20,000 nt of DNA from an uncultured virus (IMG/VR IMGVR_UViG_3300027782_003801) (lineage: Duplodnaviria; Heunggongvirae; Uroviricota; Caudoviricetes): IMG/VR virus record IMGVR_UViG_3300027782_003801. One strand, 5' to 3'. Positions 8,985 through 16,387 of the stretch are shown here, piece by piece. Made by a program: the position numbers and the translations under genes. Under the pieces are notes generated by a model, which was not told the DNA's origin, made no database searches, and was given only the letters and a program-made list of their open reading frames with translations. The number at the start of each line of letters is the position of its first letter. The first letter of the stretch is position 1.

Positions 8985-9229
8985 CTGTGAATGGGGATTC
9001 CGGCGTACGAAAACAATGATGGAGATAACCAGCACTAATCATAAATAACCATCTTAATGCACGAGAAAACCGGCATTAGAGATTCACTTTACATAATATT
9101 ACCAATATACTTTACATTATATGTAAAAACATATACCAAAATTAAAAACAGACGTAAAATGAATTTCACTATATCCAAATACATATAATTCAAAAGCGAC
9201 TAGATGTCCTCAGTCAGATAATATTATAA
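8985..9229. repeat. Duplicated intergenic element, copy A (candidate structured ncRNA)
   Basis: TTCCGGCGTACGAAAACAAT 8998-9017 and AAAGCGACTAGATGTCCTCAGTCAGATA 9193-9220 are identical to 12382-12401 and 12456-12483. Confidence 0.85.
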
Positions 9230-9239
9230 ACTAATAGGA

Positions 9240-9247
9240 TATTTATA
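9240..9247 (+). promoter_or_regulatory. Putative phage late-type promoter TATTTATA
   Basis: 4 nt before the ATG of the MKFLDIINE protein; same geometry at 14706 and 5506. Confidence 0.5.
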
Positions 9248-9251
9248 TACA

Positions 9252-10775
9252 ATGAAGTTTTTAGACATTATAAACGAATCCGAAGAAGAAAGGTTATTAA
9301 AGAGAGGAAAGACAATCTTTAAAGCATTTAAGGAGGGAACAATCACACGTACTGATGGAGTATCGTTTAGTTATGTATTAGATAACAATGTGGAGATGAT
9401 GGTAAGAAACGGGGAATTAGAACTATACGGATCTGTTTCCAAGATAGTAGAAAAAACCTATTGTCCAATCAATGAAAGGTATATGACGGAGTTAATAGAG
9501 AATAGATTTCGTAAGTTCTATATTACCACAGATTTAAGACCTCCAAGTAAAGACAACATACATAAGTTCCAAGGAAAGAAACCGTGGGAAGAGGACTTAA
9601 ATGATTTAGTGTACTTAAATGAATCCAACGAGTATAAACTAATTAGAAAGGGGAAACTTATATTCAAGGCGTTAAGAAAGGGAACCATAGGGTCTGAGGA
9701 TGAACCTAATAAACCTATGTTTACTTATGAATTATCCGATGATATGTCTGTAAGTTTACATGAAGGTGAAATTATCATTTTTACAGATGAGATTAAGGTT
9801 GTGGAACTGAATGAACCATGTGTAAGAATGAGCACGGATTTAATGGCACGTAAAATTAGTAATAGGTTTAAGCAATTTAAAGTTACATTGTCACATCCAC
9901 CAATACATCCTTTTAATGTGGATAGTTATTATGATAGACGTAAGAAAGAAGAATTAAACGAGAATTTGGTCCATATAATAACGGATGAAGATAAAAAAAA
10001 GGTTAAACTCGTTCATAAAGCAATAAGTTCGGGTGTTGTTAAGGTAAATGACGTTAGATATAGATATGAACTTCCTAAGAACTACCAAATGAGTCCAGCG
10101 AATAATAAAATTATACGTATTAGATTTGAGTTTTATAATGGGGATTTAATTGGTCCCAACCGTGGGGAGAAGTTACCATTAAAGTTATGGAGAATAGAAG
10201 AGGGTAAGGATATATATATCAATGGATTATTAGATAATACGGATGTATCAGATATATGTTATGGTGAACACTATCATCAGAAAGAAACGACACAGGAGTA
10301 TATGATGGTTAAAAATGCGGTTCGTAGGAGATATAATAACTTTAACATTTCATTAGATGTGTCCCCCAAAGATAGAACATTAAAGGTATTTAATAATAAT
10401 CCAGTAAATGAACAGGATGATGTGGTTATTACAGATGATTATATCTACCCAACCAAAGAACAGAAGAAAAGGGCAAAGATATTCTATCATGCGTTTAAGA
10501 CGGGGAAGTTCACAATAGAAGACGATGGTGGAACGTACAAATATGTTCTTCCTGATGAGTATTATGTAAGTGTGGCGGGTGATGGTGTATTAAATATTGT
10601 TTTAACCATGAATCCCCAACAAAAAATGAAGATGTATTTTGTACATAAGGATCATGAGACGGGAGAAACAATAGAAAAAGACATAGACACTTCAAAAAGA
10701 ACTTACCTACATCAATGGATGAAGGATAAGATAGAGAATAAATTCAAACAATTCCAAATTAATTTTATATTTTAA
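9252..10775 (+). CDS. Four-repeat putative virion (internal head) polyprotein
   Basis: Four copies of (I/L/V)NE...K-x-K-x-I-F-x-A-x-x-x-G...Y-x-L...N-R/K-F-x-x-F. Confidence 0.75.
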   Translation: MKFLDIINESEEERLLKRGKTIFKAFKEGTITRTDGVSFSYVLDNNVEMMVRNGELELYGSVSKIVEKTYCPINERYMTELIENRFRKFYITTDLRPPSKDNIHKFQGKKPWEEDLNDLVYLNESNEYKLIRKGKLIFKALRKGTIGSEDEPNKPMFTYELSDDMSVSLHEGEIIIFTDEIKVVELNEPCVRMSTDLMARKISNRFKQFKVTLSHPPIHPFNVDSYYDRRKKEELNENLVHIITDEDKKKVKLVHKAISSGVVKVNDVRYRYELPKNYQMSPANNKIIRIRFEFYNGDLIGPNRGEKLPLKLWRIEEGKDIYINGLLDNTDVSDICYGEHYHQKETTQEYMMVKNAVRRRYNNFNISLDVSPKDRTLKVFNNNPVNEQDDVVITDDYIYPTKEQKKRAKIFYHAFKTGKFTIEDDGGTYKYVLPDEYYVSVAGDGVLNIVLTMNPQQKMKMYFVHKDHETGETIEKDIDTSKRTYLHQWMKDKIENKFKQFQINFIF

Positions 10776-11135
10776 ATGAAACTATTAGATATACTAAATG
10801 AGGATGCTGAGGTGGATGTCCCAAAGGAGAAAAAGAGGGTTAAAACCGTATTCAGGGCGTTAAGGTCAGGGGTTATGTTTGTCCCATTCTTGGGATATAA
10901 AATTAAATATGAACTTAATAACGACTACCAATTAAGTGTGGGGATAGGTAAAGGTCATAGTGACACCATTCTGTTTATTCCATCTGATGACAAGACACCA
11001 AAGATAAAGTTATATGAGATTGGGTCCGATGGGGTGGAAAGATATTTCAGTGTAAATGGATATGACGCCATATATCAAGCCATGTGGCAAATGATAAGTC
11101 AAAGGTTCAAAAATTTCAAAATACATCTAAGATAA
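10776..11135 (+). CDS. Single-domain paralog of the 9252 repeat unit
   Basis: MKLLDILNE...KKRVKTVFRALRSG...KYEL...ISQRFKNFKI. Confidence 0.8.
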   Translation: MKLLDILNEDAEVDVPKEKKRVKTVFRALRSGVMFVPFLGYKIKYELNNDYQLSVGIGKGHSDTILFIPSDDKTPKIKLYEIGSDGVERYFSVNGYDAIYQAMWQMISQRFKNFKIHLR

Positions 11136-11159
11136 TTAGGATATTCCAATTCGTACTAG

Positions 11160-11167
11160 TATATTTG
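11160..11167 (+). promoter_or_regulatory. Bacteroidota -7 box TATATTTG
   Basis: 4 nt upstream of ATG 11172; TTAG 20 nt upstream. Confidence 0.6.
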
Positions 11168-11171
11168 TGGT

Positions 11172-11417
11172 ATGAAAATCCCAATTCAACTAACATACAA
11201 ATACTTCAGTGAGACCATAACCATTAAGAAGAAGGTGGATAGTCTTCATATAGGAGATACCATGGAGATGTATAAAGGTATTATTGTCCCCATATATGGT
11301 CAGGAGAACTACGAGAGGGTTATAATAACACTTGCTCAAAGGATAATGGAACAAAGGAGAAAGAAGGAACCCAAAACACTAATCAAAAGGATTGTGGATA
11401 AAATATTGTATTATTGA
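11172..11417 (+). CDS. Hypothetical protein
   Basis: 81 aa ORF behind a promoter box. Confidence 0.7.
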   Translation: MKIPIQLTYKYFSETITIKKKVDSLHIGDTMEMYKGIIVPIYGQENYERVIITLAQRIMEQRRKKEPKTLIKRIVDKILYY

Positions 11418-11450
11418 TAATATAATGAAAATATTGTATAATTCGGAGAT

Positions 11451-12359
11451 ATGAAGATAACAAGTTTTAATATAAAGGTGAATAAGGATTCCAAACTATT
11501 CATTGGAATAGGGGATAGTTTCTGTGAGGGTTCTGGAGCTCAACCAATTGAGATATGGGAGAAGTATGGTTGGGACAGATGGAAAATGTCCTTATCGGAT
11601 GAGGGGAGTGAATGGGCAATAAAGAACTCATTTGTGAATAAGATATGTGAGAGACATCTAAAGGACTTTACACCTGTTAATTTGGGTAGTGGGGGAAAGG
11701 GAAATAGATATGCCATAAGGGAACTATTCTTAAACCCAACAATTGATTTTAAGATTGCCAAGGAGAAGATTGTGGTATTTGCAATGTCAGGGATTGAAAG
11801 GTTGGACTTCTCCAATTCCATTGTAAGTGATAATAATGGTGACCATACAACAACGATATGGTCATATAATGAAGAAAATGTAATGAAAGGGTATTCGGGT
11901 TTATTGAGACCTGACGGGGAGAGTATAAACAATATAAGGTTTGCAATATCTGAATTTATGTTTGATATGTTTATGTTGACAAACTGGTGTGAGTTGAATA
12001 ATGCTAAGTTACTATTGTTTAGTGGGTTTTCTAAAGAATATAACAGGGAACATTTTAACAGGTTATTGATTCAGGATAATGGTGGGCTTGATATTGATGT
12101 GGTTATGGAGAATACAAGATTATTGCTTGATAGAATGCCATGGGATAAGATTATTAGACCCATGGGATATGAATGTGTCACCGATATGTTATTACACTTG
12201 GAAGGTAGGGATGATTTAAATGGACATCTTGGTGGAATAAATTACGAGACCATAGGAGAGAATCATTATTTAACCAAGTGTCAACATCCATCATATAAAG
12301 GACACGAATTACTATCGGACATCATATATGAGAAGATTATAGAATGGGGTTACTTATAA
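11451..12359 (+). CDS. SGNH/GDSL hydrolase-like protein
   Basis: IGDSFCEG, NLGSGGKGN, QHPSYKGH. Confidence 0.7.
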   Translation: MKITSFNIKVNKDSKLFIGIGDSFCEGSGAQPIEIWEKYGWDRWKMSLSDEGSEWAIKNSFVNKICERHLKDFTPVNLGSGGKGNRYAIRELFLNPTIDFKIAKEKIVVFAMSGIERLDFSNSIVSDNNGDHTTTIWSYNEENVMKGYSGLLRPDGESINNIRFAISEFMFDMFMLTNWCELNNAKLLLFSGFSKEYNREHFNRLLIQDNGGLDIDVVMENTRLLLDRMPWDKIIRPMGYECVTDMLLHLEGRDDLNGHLGGINYETIGENHYLTKCQHPSYKGHELLSDIIYEKIIEWGYL

Positions 12360-12368
12360 CTCACAACA

Positions 12369-12494
12369 CCGAGAACGGGGGTTCCGGCGTACGAAAACAA
12401 TCCCAAAACTGGCGTCAGAATGTTAGATACTATATCCCAATTAGGTATAATCTCTAAAGCGACTAGATGTCCTCAGTCAGATATATTATTATAA
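12369..12494. repeat. Duplicated intergenic element, copy B
   Basis: Same two conserved blocks as copy A, with a 54-nt rather than 175-nt linker. Confidence 0.85.
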
Positions 12495-12539
12495 TTCGTG
12501 GGATATCTAATGAATGTGGATAACTTATACAAGAAATAG

Positions 12540-12571
12540 TTTGGAATATAAAGAATATAATCGTATATTTG
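12540..12571 (+). promoter_or_regulatory. Consensus Bacteroidota promoter
   Basis: TTTG 12540-12543, N20, TATATTTG 12564-12571. Confidence 0.8.
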
Positions 12572-12593
12572 TATTATTAAACAATAAAAACAT

Positions 12594-12953
12594 ATGGAAC
12601 AAGTATTATTAGAAAAAGACAATAAGAAAATCGGGTTGAAAGAGTTAGATGTTAAATTCTGTGGACATAGAGTTACAGGTTCAACAGGAAGAGAAACATT
12701 CCTAATCACATTATCTATTATCGGAGGTTTAGTCGGGGGATATTCTAAACTTAGTGAGTATTCAGAAGATATCTCAGAGGATAAAGAAACCTTCCATATA
12801 AGAAACCCTAAGAGTTATGACCAACAATTCATAAGAGAAATGGGAGATTATTATGTATGGTTTAACTACTCAAATGAACAAAAGAGATATAGATTACAAA
12901 GTCTTGTTGAGAGATTAAATCTACAGGATAAATTCTACATTACATTGGATTAG
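12594..12953 (+). CDS. Hypothetical protein (monocistronic)
   Basis: Own promoter and terminator; A-rich leader. Confidence 0.75.
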   Translation: MEQVLLEKDNKKIGLKELDVKFCGHRVTGSTGRETFLITLSIIGGLVGGYSKLSEYSEDISEDKETFHIRNPKSYDQQFIREMGDYYVWFNYSNEQKRYRLQSLVERLNLQDKFYITLD

Positions 12954-12956
12954 TAT

Positions 12957-12981
12957 AAGGGGACCTAAAGGTCCCTTTTTT
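12957..12981 (+). terminator. Rho-independent terminator
   Basis: AAGGGGACC-TAAA-GGTCCCTTT running into a T-tract, just after the TAG stop. Confidence 0.85.
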
Positions 12982-13861
12982 ATTCCTCCTTGGTAAGGGA
13001 CTTATAGACCTGGTACAAGGAACCTATTATGGAGATAATCATAAGGATAAAGATGTATATCATAGGGTATTATTTGGATATAAAGATAGGATAAACTTCC
13101 GAGATTGTCCACGTTTTAGTTCCGACTTTGGACCTGTTTTATCCCACTATGTCTCCGACATCTGTGTCGGGAACATCCTGTTTACCCCCCGACGAGGACC
13201 TTTAGGTCCGAGATAATTGTCCTGTTTAAGGTACATTTTTCCCACCTTAATACCCCCGAAAATTACCCCTAATTTATCCCCGATATTGATACTAATATCC
13301 CCACTTTATTCACCTTGATCTGTCGGGATCCATTTAGGGGATGGAATTCCCACTTTTAGCGTATATTTATTGATACCGTATATAATATCGGTAATTTGGG
13401 GAGAAAGTGGGGAAAAGTGGTAGTATGTGGGGATTGACCCCTGACCGAATCAAGGACCATATCCATAAAAATTTGAATATATAACTGTATTACGGGGTCC
13501 TTCGGACCCCTTCAGGGGTGACACAATGTCCATTTATGTTATGTATATGAATAACCCATCATACGTAATACAGTGGTTAGTAATACATCCCATTCCATTT
13601 AACATAATGTACGTTATAGGTTCACAAGTAATACACATCTTTATCCACACCCATCCCCTGAAGGGACGACCGTAGGATCGTCCCGTAATACACTTGCCAG
13701 ACAATATCGGTAGATTTAATGTTTAACCATTTAAGTGTAATACTTACACAAAACTTGCCAAACAATATTGTCCGTCATACATCCGTTCGTCTACGGTAAT
13801 ACATAAAACCTGAAGGGGACCCATAGGGTCCCCGAACAATTAAAATATGTGCTTGTGTGTA
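12982..13861. other. Large repeat/hairpin-rich non-coding region at the convergent strand switch (origin/terminus/pac candidate)
   Basis: No credible ORF; several repeat families (TCCGA..CCTGTTT, CCCAC/GTGG, GTAATAC, GGG-hairpin-CCCTTCAGG); DnaA box at 13641. Confidence 0.6.
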
Positions 13862-14701
13862 TTACGCGGAGAAGTCTATACCGAAGTGTTTAAACCTATT
13901 TTTCAACCATTCTTTAAAGTCATCTTTTTCATCGTAATTAAGAGGACATGTATTACTTGTGATTTTAACCCCGTCAATATAGGCGTGACCTGGACTATAA
14001 CTTATTTCAAAATCGGGACTAATAATCTTATCCCTTTTATTATAGTTTTTATTCATTTGGTGTACGGTAATACTAGGTTGGTTAAACTTACCGTAGTCAT
14101 ACGTGTGACCTTTCCAAGTTCCTTTACCCAAAGCCGTGTAGATTGTCTTACACTTCTTAACTAATTTGGTCATTGTGGTCGAGTAGTCTTCTGAGAACGT
14201 CGGTAATTGTTCTGGCAATAATAGGTATAAGTTTTCATTTTGAAATAATTCATATAATGAGTTTGGTCTTTCTATCTTCACATTATAGACATTATTGTCC
14301 ATATAGTCTTTTAAGAATAATATCCCCTCCATAAGGGTTATTGTCACCCTTTCAATGTGGATTCTAAAATCCGTTCTATCTTTTAACACATCATAATAGT
14401 GATCAAGAAATTCTTCCTTGGACATGTTTCTTGCCAAACAAATTGTGTTGATCAGCTCGTCCCCCGCTATTTTAATTAAATCTGGTGGTATGATTGGATT
14501 AACATGATCAGGATTATATGTAACATACACTTCAAATTCTCTTTTTGAAACGAAACGATATGTAATATAACCTGTACCGCTGGTAAACTTAAGTTTCTTC
14601 AAATACCGTAAATCATCAGATACCTTAAGTAGAAGGTTCGTAAGCTCAACCTTCTTTAGGTCACTCCCTGCTTGTTCTGATATAATGTCCATAATCTTCA
14701 T
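13862..14701 (-). CDS. Putative virion protein (MKIMDIISEQ) with a C-terminal copy of the 9252 repeat domain
   Basis: Start revised to 14701; KKCKTIYTALGKG...LKNRFKHFGI. Confidence 0.75.
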   Translation of the reverse strand: MKIMDIISEQAGSDLKKVELTNLLLKVSDDLRYLKKLKFTSGTGYITYRFVSKREFEVYVTYNPDHVNPIIPPDLIKIAGDELINTICLARNMSKEEFLDHYYDVLKDRTDFRIHIERVTITLMEGILFLKDYMDNNVYNVKIERPNSLYELFQNENLYLLLPEQLPTFSEDYSTTMTKLVKKCKTIYTALGKGTWKGHTYDYGKFNQPSITVHQMNKNYNKRDKIISPDFEISYSPGHAYIDGVKITSNTCPLNYDEKDDFKEWLKNRFKHFGIDFSA

Positions 14702-14705
14702 GTTA

Positions 14706-14713
14706 TATAAATA
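14706..14713 (-). promoter_or_regulatory. Putative phage late-type promoter TATTTATA
   Basis: 4 nt before ATG 14701. Confidence 0.5.
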
Positions 14714-14764
14714 GTTCTTTGCCAAACAATATTCGAGTCGGTCTTCCTGATCAGTGTCGTCTTT

Positions 14765-14797
14765 AAACAATAAACCCCCCACAATAGTGGAGGGTCT
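14765..14797 (-). terminator. Rho-independent terminator of the 58-aa gene
   Basis: Minus strand AGACCCTCCAC-TATT-GTGGGGGGTTT then ATTGTTT; the mismatches are G-U pairs only on the minus strand. Confidence 0.7.
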
Positions 14798-14821
14798 ACT
14801 ATCGTTCTTATAATCTACAGG

Positions 14822-14998
14822 TTATGCAGATAATAAAGTATTTCTGTAAGTAATCGCTGTTCTCTTGTTAGAGAAGTTCTTACTGTGTTTTGTTCCTTCT
14901 ACAGATACACGAACACGGTAGCTGTTACCGTCGAAGTATACATTGTTAGATACAGGAACATAAGTTGTCTTGGTAGAACGAGATTTGGTTGTTTTCAT
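14822..14998 (-). CDS. 58-aa basic AP2/integrase-arm-type DNA-binding domain protein (not in ORF track)
   Basis: MKTTKSRSTKTTYVPVSNNVYFDGNSYRVRVSVEGTKHSKNFSNKRTAITYRNTLLSA; beta3-alpha pattern; downstream terminator; TCT/CGT/AAC/TAC/TTC codons. Confidence 0.7.
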   Translation of the reverse strand: MKTTKSRSTKTTYVPVSNNVYFDGNSYRVRVSVEGTKHSKNFSNKRTAITYRNTLLSA

Positions 14999-15126
14999 TT
15001 TTACTGAATTTTAATTTAACATTATTGTTTATAAAATATAAACCATTAATTCGGTAAAAAAAAATAAATGGCAACTTATTTTTCGTTTTGTCAGAACTGG
15101 TGTTGCCAAACAACATTCACAGTGGA

Positions 15127-15267
15127 TCAGGACTCGAACTTCTTGTCAATCCATTTATACCACTCCTCACCGTACTTCTGTTCCATATGGTTGAAGTACC
15201 TGTAATGTTTTCTCTCGTTGTAGAGGAAATACACGAAGTAATAATCTATGTACCACTCCAACTTCAT
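15127..15267 (-). CDS. Small aromatic-rich hypothetical protein, 46 aa (not in ORF track)
   Basis: MKLEWYIDYYFVYFLYNERKHYRYFNHMEQKYGEEWYKWIDKKFES; starts 1 nt after the upstream stop. Confidence 0.65.
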   Translation of the reverse strand: MKLEWYIDYYFVYFLYNERKHYRYFNHMEQKYGEEWYKWIDKKFES

Positions 15268-15268
15268 T

Positions 15269-15457
15269 TTAAATCTTTTCATGGTATTCTATTTCAATGT
15301 TAACACTGTCTAAGTTGAATTCGTCGTAGAACTTCTCCAAGATATCAATCTTAGCATCTGCTGAAATGTATAGGATTAGTCCCATATCCTTCTTTCGTTG
15401 AATCTTAGAGATTTGGTCCGTAACCCATAGTTTAACCATTTGGTCATTTAGTTTCAT
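15269..15457 (-). CDS. Small hypothetical protein
   Basis: Start revised to MKLNDQ at 15457. Confidence 0.65.
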   Translation of the reverse strand: MKLNDQMVKLWVTDQISKIQRKKDMGLILYISADAKIDILEKFYDEFNLDSVNIEIEYHEKI

Positions 15458-15776
15458 CTTGTAGTATTTTATATTGTTTATCACCAATAGTATCCAAGAT
15501 ATATGCCACCTCCACTATATCTTCCAAGTCATATGTGGATATGTCATCGAACTCATCACCATATGGTGTTACACCTGTCAAGTACTGTCCATCAGTCATT
15601 GTCCTTACAAGATACGGTACCTTAGTCATAGTTGCATCGTACTCATTATCCTCACTGATGTAAACATTAAATGGGTGGGTAAACTCTATGGTTTCCCCGA
15701 GTTTGAATAGATTCTCTATCTCATTACAGAACTTGGTCTTCAGGTTCTTAACTTCTTCCCTTGAGTTGTAGTTCAT
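15444..15776 (-). CDS. Acidic hypothetical protein
   Basis: Member of the minus-strand operon; ATGA overlap. Confidence 0.7.
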   Translation of the reverse strand: MNYNSREEVKNLKTKFCNEIENLFKLGETIEFTHPFNVYISEDNEYDATMTKVPYLVRTMTDGQYLTGVTPYGDEFDDISTYDLEDIVEVAYILDTIGDKQYKILQDETK

Positions 15777-16336
15777 ATTAATTCATTTAAAAATTTATTT
15801 GGAAATCTTTCCATACCAAAATCTATTGCAATTCCTACAATCTTTCCCTTGTGTTTTGCCACAAGACATCTGTATCCACCATCACCAATACCTGATGACG
15901 ATACCACACCTGTGTCATACATACCCCACGACTCGGTGGATAATGTGAATTGGCACATCTTCTCGTACCACTCATCACCATCCCTATCTTTCACACCTAA
16001 GGTAAATGGTCTTCCATCATATGTCTTATCAGGTGTTGTAATACTTGAGGCAATGTCGTCATTCTTGAAAGAAGACATGCTGAAGATTCCTGCTTGACCT
16101 GAATCCACCCCAACTTGACCAGGGTAATTTCTCCAAGATAATGTATCCTCCACATAATCCTCGTGGACAGTAAGTAATACAGAACACCTGTTCCCCCAAT
16201 TAGGGTCCTCAGTTTTTCTCACGGTAGTTATGTAACCACCAGGTAATACATCCTTTAGTTTTACTTGACACCAAGTTTCGTCCGAGTAGCAAGGGTCACT
16301 GACCATCACATCACTCTCAAGTGTAATACGGTTCAT
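15773..16336 (-). CDS. DUF4241-like phage protein
   Basis: VSDPCY, VGVDSGQAGIF, SSGIGDGGY motifs. Confidence 0.65.
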   Translation of the reverse strand: MNRITLESDVMVSDPCYSDETWCQVKLKDVLPGGYITTVRKTEDPNWGNRCSVLLTVHEDYVEDTLSWRNYPGQVGVDSGQAGIFSMSSFKNDDIASSITTPDKTYDGRPFTLGVKDRDGDEWYEKMCQFTLSTESWGMYDTGVVSSSGIGDGGYRCLVAKHKGKIVGIAIDFGMERFPNKFLNELI

Positions 16337-16387
16337 AGTTTATAAGTTTAGGGTTTAAAGTTATGACATAGTTATGATATCACAAAA

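Noticed and set aside
9193..9220. Hammerhead ribozyme or group I intron core in the duplicated element (CTGACTGAGGAC on minus; GACTA/AGTC)
   Set aside because: CUGANGA spacing is wrong and no GAAA follows the stem; GACUA and AGUC are too close for P7/P8 and no gene is interrupted
8985..12494. IS/transposon bounded by the duplicated elements
   Set aside because: No transposase or integrase in the window; the repeats are direct and of unequal length, with no target-site duplication
12982..13861. CRISPR array or tRNA genes in the long intergenic region
   Set aside because: Repeats are short, degenerate, mixed in orientation and irregularly spaced; no cloverleaf with a T-loop consensus was seen
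14702..14782. N-terminal extension MGGLLF...YCLAKN of the 13862 ORF (and similar extensions at 5438, 5958, 7379, 8176, 18749)
   Set aside because: They run through terminators, promoters or neighbouring genes; downstream ATGs match promoter spacing and shared N-terminal motifs
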